A DNA stretch of 64,000 nt from an uncultured virus (IMG/VR IMGVR_UViG_3300030098_005439) (taxonomy: Duplodnaviria; Heunggongvirae; Uroviricota; Caudoviricetes). Below are positions 48,503 through 57,438 of the stretch, piece by piece; the stretch's first letter is position 1; every line of letters starts with the position of its first letter. Location of the stretch: the IMG/VR virus record IMGVR_UViG_3300030098_005439; one strand, 5' to 3'. Under the pieces are notes generated by a model. The model worked only from the letters and a program-made list of their open reading frames with translations, was not told the DNA's origin and ran no database searches. The position numbers were made by a program, and so were the translations under genes.

Positions 48503-49436
48503 GTGGCGGGGGAAACACCCCGCAGAAAAAATCACTACCGACCGGGGCGAACACTGCCAACGCCCAAGAACTAAAGCGGTCCCTTGAATCTTTGACATCA
48601 CGAATAAGAATAGACGGGCAACCTGGAAACAGATTGACCCTGGTACACGGCGCGGCAAAGACGAACCCCGCGCAATCGGCTAACGCTGGAGTGCAGCAAG
48701 GCTAAGTAAGAGAGACGACCCCCCGAGGGGGGCGCCATCTGAAAAGCAACCGAGCCCTATGGAATTCGCCACGGCGGGCAGGGTGAGGCGAGCAGGACAG
48801 GCCAACCGATTGGACCCCGTGTAAGTTACCCCCCGGCACGTTTCATGGACGGCGGGGGAGTGCCAAGACCCCAACACCTGCGGGCGAGCACCACTAAGGC
48901 TTTGAGCAACGTCACGGCCCCGTCTATTGTAAGTACCCGGTAATCGGAGCAGCCTAACGGCGTGCCGGGTAAGTGAGTCTGCAAATAGAGCAGGCGTCCG
49001 ATGCGGCGAGCAGTAGCGAGGCCGTGGGAATAGTACCCCCGAAGACTATTGCAAGGTATCCCCCCACCTTACACGGGGGGGCTGTGAGGCCGTGGCCCAC
49101 AGTGAACACCGCCCCGGCGAGCGTATCGCCGCCCCTTTTTTAGCAGTACCCACGGCGCATGTTCGCCGGCCCTGCAACGGTCGCGGCCCCGTTATCAGTC
49201 GCTCACCCCCGTGACCAGCGCCGTGCATATCGGGGGGAAGCCGAGAGGCAAAGCGGTGCACCTGCGGAAGACAACCCCCGGCCACGCAGCGGGTGCAAAC
49301 GATAGGCGGGCGTCCGGTCTATCGTTTGCAAGACATAATGACAGGGCGCCCACTACATAGCCGTCGCCGGGGCTCCCCCTATGATTTAGGGAGGGGTTGA
49401 GCCCTGGCGGACGGTGGACCTTTCGCGGTTCGCTGT
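48503..49436 (+). ncRNA. Candidate large structured ncRNA (~930 nt), family unassigned; 3' end approximate
   Basis: No credible ORF; more than 12 helices, including long-range 48609-18/48919-28 and 48815-25/49068-78; GNRA loops. Confidence 0.65.
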
Positions 49437-49744
49437 CCTGCGATTAGTCGCGGTTGACATGCCAACTACCGCAAACGTCGGATATCCCGGTTTTAACGGG
49501 GCTTTTCGATGTATTTCGTACAGATAGGGCGGGGGTCTTACCCCTGATTTTTACGCCTTGCCCCGGTGTTGGTACGGTTGCCATGTCAACACCAGGACCG
49601 AATAACCCGCTTGAAAGGCTGCATATCACGTAGCCGGTGGGTGTTTTCATTCGGGGGTTTGAGAGGTGGCGCGGACCCATCCCGCATAAAATCCCCGCCA
49701 TATTCGCGTGTATTGGTACGAATGACCGAACCTTACCCCCCTTG

Positions 49745-50026
49745 TACCCTAACCTCTGCCCCAACCTATCGCAGAGGTTAGGGCACCGAATAGCCCGCCT
49801 TTAAGGTACGATATCGGTCACTGCCCTAACCTACCCTAACCTCTGACCCAACCTTTTGAACCTCGCGGATTTTCTCGACTGTCTCGACCTTCTCTCTCTA
49901 CTATATTGTATTACCTATATATATCTTTTATCTAATAGGTTAGGGTAGGTTAGGGCAATAGAGAATAACCGAGGTTAAACCGGGCTTTTCAATCTGCCCC
50001 AACGTAGGGGCACCACTGCCCCAACG
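49745..50026. other. Putative replication origin (iterons around an AT-rich core)
   Basis: About 9 CCC(T/C)AAC(C)T-type repeats in both orientations; perfect 21-bp inverted repeat 49822-42/49937-57 flanking a TA-rich core. Confidence 0.6.
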
Positions 50027-50035
50027 GGTAGGCAC

Positions 50036-50064
50036 TTGACACCCTTTACCCCTTCCCTTAGACT
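50036..50064 (+). promoter_or_regulatory. Early promoter
   Basis: TTGACA-N17-TAGACT upstream of the first early gene. Confidence 0.75.
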
Positions 50065-50100
50065 GACATACCAGCCAAACCCTAACAGACTGGAGGCATC

Positions 50101-50430
50101 ATGCCTGTACTCAAACGATACAAGCCGCACGGCGGCTACCCCTTGGCGCCTGATGGCGGATGGGCGACTGTCCGCAAACTGACCAACAGAGAGGCGGTCC
50201 TGATTCTGAATGCCTCTGAGACTATGGCCGAGCGTGGCCCCGATGGACTGCGCGGCACCATCGCGGGCAAGTGCTTCGTGGCTTTGAATCGATTCGGTCG
50301 CCCTAAAGCTGGCAAGTGGAACCAAGCCTACCCCGCCGGTACTCGTGCCATCTACCACCACGGTGGTGGTGGTGGTGTCTGGTCCGGCTTCTATATCATC
50401 GAAAAACTTAAAACCCTGGAGCAATCATGA
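50101..50430 (+). CDS. Early hypothetical protein
   Basis: CTGGAGG RBS; ends LEQS at a junction motif. Confidence 0.7.
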   Translation: MPVLKRYKPHGGYPLAPDGGWATVRKLTNREAVLILNASETMAERGPDGLRGTIAGKCFVALNRFGRPKAGKWNQAYPAGTRAIYHHGGGGGVWSGFYIIEKLKTLEQS

Positions 50431-50759
50431 GCGCCATCATTGACACCATTAGCCTGAGCGCCTGTAGCGATTGCCTTCTATTCGTCGCCAACGGTGACGA
50501 ACCAGAAGGTGATGATACCCTACCCGCCCGCATTGAATCTGAATGGACCGTATCCGACTATACGTGTGACCGCCATGCCGCCGTCCACGGTTCCCTATGG
50601 TGGGAAATAGTGTGCGGTGGCGAGCATGAGAGCGAGGCCGATGAGGATGGTTCCCTCGGATTTTCCTGGAGGCATTGCGAATGCTGCGGCTCCACGCTTG
50701 GCGGCGACCGCTACCCCTTAACCGCTATCCTCCGACGTAAACCCCTGGAGCAAAAATGA
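50427..50759 (+). CDS. Early protein with Zn-binding Cys motifs
   Basis: CSDC...FSWRHCECCGS.LGGDR. Confidence 0.75.
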   Translation: MSAIIDTISLSACSDCLLFVANGDEPEGDDTLPARIESEWTVSDYTCDRHAAVHGSLWWEIVCGGEHESEADEDGSLGFSWRHCECCGSTLGGDRYPLTAILRRKPLEQK

Positions 50760-51010
50760 CCCTCAACTTTCGCAGAAAACCCCTTGTTCGTTTTGAATCC
50801 GTAACAGCTACGTGGGCTATCGAGCATGCCGGCCCACGCCAGTTTCACTTGTACATGAACGCCAAAGACCCCGGCCGATGGCTGGATGAGGACGGCCGAA
50901 CCGTGGAGTATGGACCGTTCAAGACCCAAGCGAGCGCCAAGAAACAAGCCATGAAAATCAATGCGGAGCGCCTAAATCAATCCCTAAAATCAGCCCTGGA
51001 GCAATCATGA
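50756..51010 (+). CDS. Early hypothetical protein
   Basis: CTGGAGCA junction; GPFKT..SAKK. Confidence 0.7.
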   Translation: MTLNFRRKPLVRFESVTATWAIEHAGPRQFHLYMNAKDPGRWLDEDGRTVEYGPFKTQASAKKQAMKINAERLNQSLKSALEQS

Positions 51011-51198
51011 CCGACGAACAAAAGTATCAATGGCATCTAAGTCAGTCCCGGTTTTGGCATAGCCGGTACAAGCGAACCATGACCGATGCCGGACTGTCGA
51101 ACCTGCCCGCTGCCTACAGGGTGAAGCGTGCGCCATTGAAAGCACGACAGTTCGAGCGCCTTGCTTCTCACCACTTGAACCTTTCCTATCAATACTGA
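51007..51198 (+). CDS. Early hypothetical protein
   Basis: CTGGAGCA junction. Confidence 0.6.
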   Translation: MTDEQKYQWHLSQSRFWHSRYKRTMTDAGLSNLPAAYRVKRAPLKARQFERLASHHLNLSYQY

Positions 51199-51217
51199 AC
51201 TCCCTGGAGCAAACAAA

Positions 51218-51778
51218 ATGATGAACAAAAAGACACGTACAATCGACGGTACAACCTACACCGTGACCTATGGATTCGATACCAAGTTTGCCGCGAAACA
51301 TAATCAACGGCCGTACTTCAGCATTACCCTTGACGTAACCGAGGGGAAACGATGGGTAAGCGGTGGACAGCAGCCGGAAACTATCGCGAAGGTATTCCCC
51401 GAACTTGCCAACGCTCTACAATGGCACCTGGCGGACCACTCCGCAACGCCTATTCACTACGTGGCCAATACCCTGTACTGGCGGGACCACTTCCCAACGC
51501 AGGCCGAGGTACAAGTATCTGAGGATGAGCCAACGCAAACGGTTACCATGGCTCCGAAGTATGGTGACCGGTACAACTACGGACCCGAGAAGCTTGCGGC
51601 CCACTTGAAATCTTGTATGGCTTGGGGCGCGCTACCGTCAGAGCGTGACTGGACGGGTGACAGTCCTGAGACGTGGGACCGTGACACGCTCCGTGTGTAC
51701 CTCGTGACACGTCAAGCGGCCTTGATGGATAACATGCGCGCGGACCTTGCGGCCGTAGGCGTGACCATTCCCAACTAA
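51218..51778 (+). CDS. Early hypothetical protein
   Basis: YFSIT...SGG...FPEL...WHL...P.HY.AN.LY; CTGGAGCA RBS. Confidence 0.75.
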   Translation: MMNKKTRTIDGTTYTVTYGFDTKFAAKHNQRPYFSITLDVTEGKRWVSGGQQPETIAKVFPELANALQWHLADHSATPIHYVANTLYWRDHFPTQAEVQVSEDEPTQTVTMAPKYGDRYNYGPEKLAAHLKSCMAWGALPSERDWTGDSPETWDRDTLRVYLVTRQAALMDNMRADLAAVGVTIPN

Positions 51779-51844
51779 TCCATAACACCACACTTGACAT
51801 ACCCTGACACGTGATTAAATATACTTCTCAACCTGGAGCCCATC

Positions 51845-52135
51845 ATGACCGCAATCGCTAAACGTATCCCTACCCCCGCAACCCGCAACCCGTTTCTGTT
51901 CTATACCTATGTCACGCTCAACAGTGGCGAAGCCCTGGTGTACGTACTCAGCGGTGTCAGTGCCGCCGATGCTGCATTGAAGGCAGCGTATACCGCCGTC
52001 CGTGAGGGGTATGCGGAGCACGCGAAGCCCCTACAAGTGAGGGCCGAGACTTCCATCTACACGCTCAACGAAGGCGTGACGTGGTCCGACTTCGAGGGCA
52101 CGGTCACACCGACCGGCCGCACCTTTAACCGATAG
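51845..52135 (+). CDS. Early hypothetical protein
   Basis: CTGGAGC RBS. Confidence 0.7.
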   Translation: MTAIAKRIPTPATRNPFLFYTYVTLNSGEALVYVLSGVSAADAALKAAYTAVREGYAEHAKPLQVRAETSIYTLNEGVTWSDFEGTVTPTGRTFNR

Positions 52136-52256
52136 CCCTGGAGCAAACATGACCTTTCACGACGCGTTCTCCCTCGCGGTGCCACTCCTAATGGTGGCGC
52201 CGTACCTGTACATATTTTCAACCGACCTGAACCGATAGCCCTGGAGCAAACATGAC
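52127..52256 (+). repeat. 27-bp direct repeat (gene-junction motif)
   Basis: AACCGATAGCCCTGGAGCAAACATGAC at 52127 and 52230; its core recurs at about 53070. Confidence 0.9.
52149..52238 (+). CDS. 29-aa hydrophobic peptide (not in ORF track)
   Basis: MTFHDAFSLAVPLLMVAPYLYIFSTDLNR*, bounded by identical 27-bp repeats. Confidence 0.55.
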   Translation: MTFHDAFSLAVPLLMVAPYLYIFSTDLNR

Positions 52257-52851
52257 AACAACCATCAGTGAGCGCAGACGACAACGTCAAGCAGAACGCG
52301 ATGCCGAGAGAGAACGCAAACGCAGGAACACCATCAAGTATGTAGAGGTGCTCGACGCGTGGGACGCGAAGCCATTGTATGAAGGCGATTACAACGAAGA
52401 CGGGGAGCGTCCTATTCTACGTCATGACCATGCGTGGTTCATCCTGGTCACAGTTGGTGACGGGAGGCGGTATTTCTCACGGGAGAGTACTCCATTCGAA
52501 GCATACATTGTCCGAAACCACGATGAGGTCACACCACTATCGAAGCCAGAAACAGTGATTGAGAAGCTACTCAGGCAGGGCATTCGAAAGTACAACCGGG
52601 AAACAGGCAAGACCGAAGACGAGTGGTCGCCCTTGTTTCAGATAGGGCCTAATCATGTGACAAACCTCGAAGGGCTCATCGCCAAGGCCCGCATGGATGA
52701 GCGTGCATATGCTGTCAAGCGTGCAAAGGTGCTTGACATGGACCCGTCAGTGTGGGGCCTATGGCCGTACAGTGAACGGGGCTCTGAAGCATGGGAAGCA
52801 GAAATGCAGCACCTTGCGATGCAGGAACGTCAGGACCCCCGCAACTGGTAA
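52252..52851 (+). CDS. Early hypothetical protein
   Basis: Junction RBS; 199 aa. Confidence 0.75.
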   Translation: MTTTISERRRQRQAERDAERERKRRNTIKYVEVLDAWDAKPLYEGDYNEDGERPILRHDHAWFILVTVGDGRRYFSRESTPFEAYIVRNHDEVTPLSKPETVIEKLLRQGIRKYNRETGKTEDEWSPLFQIGPNHVTNLEGLIAKARMDERAYAVKRAKVLDMDPSVWGLWPYSERGSEAWEAEMQHLAMQERQDPRNW

Positions 52852-52861
52852 ACAATCAACC

Positions 52862-52875
52862 GGGGCTTCGGCCCC
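52862..52875 (+). other. C(UUCG)G tetraloop hairpin
   Basis: GGGGC-TTCG-GCCCC, intergenic, no U tract. Confidence 0.6.
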
Positions 52876-52887
52876 ACTGGAGCAAAC

Positions 52888-53076
52888 ATGCCATATACTG
52901 TTTTCCAATCATTCGTTCCAACGTGGGTATGCTCTGTATGCCTTGAGCCTTACGGCTGTCAGGTACTCACACGACCGCGCATAGGGTGTGCCCAATGCGG
53001 CTCGAAGCTTTACCGGATGACCAGTGAAGGCAGAAGGCGCAAAGCCTTTGACCGCAAGAACCCACCAACCCGATAG
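52888..53076 (+). CDS. Small Zn-ribbon protein
   Basis: CSVC...CAQCG; junction RBS. Confidence 0.65.
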   Translation: MPYTVFQSFVPTWVCSVCLEPYGCQVLTRPRIGCAQCGSKLYRMTSEGRRRKAFDRKNPPTR

Positions 53077-53092
53077 CCCTGGAGCAATCATC

Positions 53093-53284
53093 ATGACACT
53101 ACAAGAGGAACTGGCAGCGTTGAAGCTTGCCAGCATAAAAGACAAGCTGCTCTGCTACTTGCTCAAAGACGTTGAAGCGAACTTCGAGCACTTGACCAAT
53201 ACGGAACGCACTATCATCGGTGACCCTGAAACCTTTAGCGCACTGTTGGAATCCATTGGGATTGACCAGCACGGAACCCGATAG
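53093..53284 (+). CDS. Early hypothetical protein
   Basis: Junction RBS before MTLQEEL. Confidence 0.65.
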   Translation: MTLQEELAALKLASIKDKLLCYLLKDVEANFEHLTNTERTIIGDPETFSALLESIGIDQHGTR

Positions 53285-53317
53285 CATACCAGACACACAC
53301 AGACAAACAGGAGATAA

Positions 53318-53530
53318 GTGATGCCTATATTTTTTGAAGAATGGTGCAAGGTTAGCGGTGTACCAAACCAGTTTGAGTCTACGTCACCAAGCCACTGCCT
53401 GTACGGTTACCGCCGTGCAGTCAAGCGGTACGAGAGAGAGGTAGTGGACGCCTACGTCCGCGAGCCCGTGGATACAATCAAACGTCGTCAGCGTATAGCT
53501 GAACGTCAGGCAGCTAATGGGGGTGAGTGA
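53318..53530 (+). CDS. Early hypothetical protein
   Basis: ACAAACAGGAG RBS; ends GGE. Confidence 0.65.
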   Translation: MMPIFFEEWCKVSGVPNQFESTSPSHCLYGYRRAVKRYEREVVDAYVREPVDTIKRRQRIAERQAANGGE

Positions 53531-53841
53531 TGAGCAACAACTGGAGCACAAAACGTGTAACCAAAAAAGAAATCAACGACCTTTGGTATGGAGGGTACAA
53601 GTCCAAGGGAGACTATTTTCTGGAACGGGATGGCTCTGCCATGATCCTGTACCTTTACTCAAGGGATTGGAAGTCCGTTGAAAAACTTTCTACCGCTACG
53701 GGCCCTGACGGAAAGCTTTTTCATATCGAAGAATCAGAGAGGCGTGGTGGATACGGTCGCGGGCCTATTCAAGTGGAGTCATGGCACAAATACACTACCT
53801 ACCCACTTGCCTATCGACTGACGCGTAAGGGAGGTGAGTAA
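53530..53841 (+). CDS. Early hypothetical protein
   Basis: TGATG coupling; ends GGE. Confidence 0.7.
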   Translation: MSNNWSTKRVTKKEINDLWYGGYKSKGDYFLERDGSAMILYLYSRDWKSVEKLSTATGPDGKLFHIEESERRGGYGRGPIQVESWHKYTTYPLAYRLTRKGGE

Positions 53842-54260
53842 TGAGCCCTACCGCAAGATTCAAAGAGTATATCAACGGTAGCGATGTAGTCATCGACCTA
53901 CGGCCTGGACAGACCTTGACCCACGTAAAGTATGAGCCTACCGATGAGGGATGGGACCGCACTGTACACACATGGCATTACGATGCCGATACCAAAGTCA
54001 TCACAGTCAACTACTTCAATGAGGGACGCGACTGTGATGGGTACATGTCAACCCACTACGAACGCGAATGCTCGGTTGACCGGCTACGCTCTCGAACAGT
54101 GAAGCATCCGACTGGTGGACGGTGGGAGCCATTCACCGACTACGATGGCACCACTGCCCACGAGTGGGTGACCACTTGGGAAGAACAGACAGGCTGGCCT
54201 GACTGGAGAGAGGTCGGCTACGAGTACTACGACCAGAACGCCCGAGCGATGGGCTACTAA
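53841..54260 (+). CDS. Early hypothetical protein
   Basis: PTDEGW, GRDCDG, C-terminal ARAMGY. Confidence 0.75.
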   Translation: MSPTARFKEYINGSDVVIDLRPGQTLTHVKYEPTDEGWDRTVHTWHYDADTKVITVNYFNEGRDCDGYMSTHYERECSVDRLRSRTVKHPTGGRWEPFTDYDGTTAHEWVTTWEEQTGWPDWREVGYEYYDQNARAMGY

Positions 54261-54281
54261 ACTTTACCTATGCTGACACAC

Positions 54282-54311
54282 TTGACAGCCAATACCAAAC
54301 AGGTGTATAAC
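54282..54311 (+). promoter_or_regulatory. Promoter of ardC
   Basis: TTGACA-N18-TATAAC. Confidence 0.6.
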
Positions 54312-54341
54312 CCTAATGAGCAAACAAACCGGAGATTCAAC

Positions 54342-55295
54342 ATGGCTAAAAAACCAACATTCAACACGCACCAAGTCATCACCGATATCATCCTCGCTTC
54401 GCTTGAAAAGGGCGTACAGCCCTGGCGCAAAGGCTGGACCGCATTGGGTGGCGCCTTGAGCCGTCCCGTCAGTGGAGGTACAGGCAACCCATACAACGGT
54501 ATCAACGTGATTCTGCTGTGGGCGGCACAGTCCGAGCGTGGCTACCACTCCGATACTTGGCACACGTACAAGGGTGCCCAAGGCAAGGGCGGTCAGGTAC
54601 GAAAGGGTGAGAAGGGTACACGAATCGTCAAATGGTTGTTCCTGCCAATCAAAGAGAAGGGACAGGTGAAGCTTGATGCCAACGGTGAGCCCGTGACCTT
54701 CGCAAAGATGAGGCTGTATACAGTCTTCAACGCTTGCCAGATTGATTGGGCAGAGGGTAGCGAGCATGCCCCTGGTCCTGCTCCAACAGTGGAGGAACAC
54801 GATGGTTCTCAGGCCGGTGACGAGTACAAGGATGCCAAAGTCATTCTGGATTCATGGGCCGAAGAGGTCACTATCATGCATGGCGGCGACTCGGCATTCT
54901 ATCGACCATCAGATGACTTCATTCAACTGCCCACCTTTGAACAGTTTGACAGTGAAGCCGAATACTTCTCGACTGCCTTTCATGAGGCGATTCACAGCAC
55001 AGGTCACAGTACACGTCTGAACCGCTTCAAAAAGGAACGCAAGGGTAGCTACAAGCAAGCCTACGCATTCGAGGAACTTGTAGCAGAGTTGGGTGCGGCA
55101 TTCTTGTGTGCTGATGCTGGTATCAACCAGCCAGAAGAACCACGCGAGGACCACGCGCAGTACTTGGCCCACTGGCTCGAAGTACTCAAGGGTGACCCGA
55201 AGGCCATCGTGTCTGCGGCATCCAAGGCAGAGAAGGCAGCGAAGCTTGTAATGACAAAGGCAAGCGAGGCCGGTCAACAGCAGGCAGCAAAGTAA
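54342..55295 (+). CDS. ardC: ArdC-family antirestriction / ssDNA-binding protein with zincin domain
   Basis: ITD.I...LE.G..PW, YNGIN..LLW, W.TYK...GG.VRKGEKG, VFN..Q, HEAIHSTGH, YAFEELVAELGAAFLC. Confidence 0.92.
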   Translation: MAKKPTFNTHQVITDIILASLEKGVQPWRKGWTALGGALSRPVSGGTGNPYNGINVILLWAAQSERGYHSDTWHTYKGAQGKGGQVRKGEKGTRIVKWLFLPIKEKGQVKLDANGEPVTFAKMRLYTVFNACQIDWAEGSEHAPGPAPTVEEHDGSQAGDEYKDAKVILDSWAEEVTIMHGGDSAFYRPSDDFIQLPTFEQFDSEAEYFSTAFHEAIHSTGHSTRLNRFKKERKGSYKQAYAFEELVAELGAAFLCADAGINQPEEPREDHAQYLAHWLEVLKGDPKAIVSAASKAEKAAKLVMTKASEAGQQQAAK

Positions 55296-55389
55296 TCCGG
55301 GAGAGGGAAGCAGTTTGGCGGTCTGCTTATCAAAACCGCCCCACCTTAGTCACACCTGACAAACTTTACACAACCAAAGAGAGGCTACA

Positions 55390-55509
55390 ATGCTGAGTGA
55401 GATTCAAACCATGTTCACAGAACTGCCGTGGGTGTCATTGTGGATGACTGCGGCGCTACTCGGAGTAGTCGAACTACTCCACATTCAACAAACAGGAGAT
55501 CAATCATGA
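55390..55509 (+). CDS. 39-aa membrane peptide (not in ORF track)
   Basis: GAGG RBS; MLSEIQTMFTELPWVSLWMTAALLGVVELLH...; ATGA coupling. Confidence 0.5.
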   Translation: MLSEIQTMFTELPWVSLWMTAALLGVVELLHIQQTGDQS

Positions 55510-55832
55510 CACCACAAGAAACTATTTCATACCTACGTTCTGTAATCGAACACGTACTAATCGCTTCCGAAGACGGCGGAACCATGAACGATATTGATTG
55601 GGACCTCCTACGGACAGCACTTCTGCAAACAGAAGCATTCGCTACCGAGAGAGAAAAGCTACTGACAGCCGCTTTAGAGAAGATCGCGGACTATCCCGTG
55701 AATGTCGATGGGTACAACAATACCTCGGCAGTACGCATGAGATTCGCGGCATGTAAGACCATCGCGAGAAACGCCCTGAAGGGCGAAGAAACAGTGTTCT
55801 ATACCAATCAATCAACGCAAGGAGGTAAGTGA
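55506..55832 (+). CDS. Early hypothetical protein
   Basis: ACAAACAGGAG RBS; ALEKIA...IARNAL. Confidence 0.7.
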   Translation: MTPQETISYLRSVIEHVLIASEDGGTMNDIDWDLLRTALLQTEAFATEREKLLTAALEKIADYPVNVDGYNNTSAVRMRFAACKTIARNALKGEETVFYTNQSTQGGK

Positions 55833-55996
55833 TGGAAGACTTGCTATCAAAGATTCTGAACAACATCGCAACGATCGACGAACTGAAAAAACGAAACGAC
55901 GGCGACACGATGCAAGTCGTGATCGATAACCTGTGGGCGCTCGTCAAGTCCGAAAGACAAAAACTATGGATTCAATCAGTCATGGAGGTGAAGTGA
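55832..55996 (+). CDS. 54-aa hypothetical protein (not in ORF track)
   Basis: MEDLLSKILNN...MEVK*, coupled at both ends. Confidence 0.65.
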   Translation: MEDLLSKILNNIATIDELKKRNDGDTMQVVIDNLWALVKSERQKLWIQSVMEVK

Positions 55997-56505
55997 TGAA
56001 AAGATGGCAAGGGCCGGGACATGCACACGCAGAGGCCCGACGAGCCCATGAACAGGCTGAAGATGCCCGCTACGAACGATGGAAGGAAAACAATCCAGAG
56101 TGCCAAAGGGCTATCAGTGAACATTCTACGTGCAATCATCGTGAACATGTAGACGACATGACCGATGTGGGTGGAGAGATTTGGTGTGCCCATTGTTTCG
56201 ATACGCATGCATTCAACTGTGAAGTATGCGGCGAGGTTCACTCTAATGAGTACTCGGCAAACAGAGAACTGACGTTGGATGAGTCCGTATGCACATACTG
56301 TGATGAGAAGTGCGCAACGAACAAAACCCACCATCACACTCCAGTCGGAATCAGTATCGGCCACCTGAAGTACATACTGTGGACGATGGAGAACGCTGCA
56401 CAAGACAAGCCCTATGAGGGTACGCAACCGGGCAGCGCAAAGAAATGGTTGAGAGAAAGCATTGACCTAATCAAACAATCAATACCCAAAGAGGACGGTG
56501 AGTGA
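55996..56505 (+). CDS. Cys-rich Zn-finger protein
   Basis: CAHC, CEVC, CTYC. Confidence 0.7.
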   Translation: MKRWQGPGHAHAEARRAHEQAEDARYERWKENNPECQRAISEHSTCNHREHVDDMTDVGGEIWCAHCFDTHAFNCEVCGEVHSNEYSANRELTLDESVCTYCDEKCATNKTHHHTPVGISIGHLKYILWTMENAAQDKPYEGTQPGSAKKWLRESIDLIKQSIPKEDGE

Positions 56506-56903
56506 TGGGACGGTGGAGTGGCGAGTCAACTAAATACAAATACGACACCGACAAAATCGGTACATCAACAAAACAACTGAGTCACCGTCATGGTGGCCGC
56601 AACAAACAGGAGCATAAAATGTCTTTACACGTAACACAACAAAGCGAGATCCCTGACGCACCTTTCTATGTCACCACAACCGACACATTCATGTCGGGAT
56701 GGGGAAGGGCAGAGAACCTTGTAAACCGTTTGATTCTCCCTTGTGAGAGTTCGACTGAAGCAAACAGAGTGGCGGACTACGCTCGCGGTCGCAGTGATCA
56801 AAAGAACGTCCGCATCTGCACAACCAAGCCACGGATTCGCCCTGGCACATACACACAGGTCATGGACCCCGAGAAGTCTACGGCTTGGTACGGGAGAGAG
56901 TAA
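56505..56903 (+). CDS. Early hypothetical protein (second in-frame start near 56619)
   Basis: YVT.TD.FMSGWG.A motif; internal ACAAACAGGAG RBS. Confidence 0.7.
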   Translation: MGRWSGESTKYKYDTDKIGTSTKQLSHRHGGRNKQEHKMSLHVTQQSEIPDAPFYVTTTDTFMSGWGRAENLVNRLILPCESSTEANRVADYARGRSDQKNVRICTTKPRIRPGTYTQVMDPEKSTAWYGRE

Positions 56904-56906
56904 ATC

Positions 56907-57152
56907 ATGGACAACCAACATAGGGAAGCAATCTTATTGGCTTACTCAAACTATCTTCCGATACAGCCGTCACCAGCGCGCAGGCTCACTGAGCAAACCC
57001 CACACCATGCTCAACGTGTTGGCTGTCCAACGTGTGATGCCGCTATCGGAGAATCTTGCGTGTCTTTGAGTGGCACGGGAAAAACGCTCAAGCGTTCTCA
57101 CAATGAGCGCATAACCCTTTCACTTATTTACAAACCAATCAGGAGATATTGA
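56907..57152 (+). CDS. Small Zn-finger protein
   Basis: CPTC.A..GE.C...H..R. Confidence 0.65.
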   Translation: MDNQHREAILLAYSNYLPIQPSPARRLTEQTPHHAQRVGCPTCDAAIGESCVSLSGTGKTLKRSHNERITLSLIYKPIRRY

Positions 57153-57153
57153 A

Positions 57154-57438
57154 ATGATTATCTATGTACTGGACGACGGAGAGACGTGGACCCTGAGTGA
57201 GCCCACGGCTGTAGCAATCACGGACGAGCAACTGACGCGCATCGAAGGCGGTGAGAAAGTATACAGTGTGGTCCCAAACTGGAGCGAAAGCCCCGAACCC
57301 GATTGGGATGAGCAACAGGATGACGATGCCGACGACTTTTTCATTCAAGCTGGCATCGCTGCCCGAGAAGCACTGAAGGAAATCAAGAGAGACTACACAA
57401 AGAGCATCGTGGATGCTCAGAACAAAGGAGGTGAGTGA
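57154..57438 (+). CDS. Acidic early protein
   Basis: CAGGAG RBS; ends GGE. Confidence 0.7.
   Translation: MIIYVLDDGETWTLSEPTAVAITDEQLTRIEGGEKVYSVVPNWSESPEPDWDEQQDDDADDFFIQAGIAAREALKEIKRDYTKSIVDAQNKGGE

Noticed and set aside
48503..49436. Group I/II intron, RNase P or tmRNA identity for the structured region
   Set aside because: No interrupted gene, no recognisable P7 or domain V, no GAGGAAAGUCC, and no tRNA-like ends seen.
49822..49957. TTAGGG as telomeric repeats
   Set aside because: Not tandem hexamers; they are 10-bp-period iterons in inverted orientation inside a phage intergenic region.
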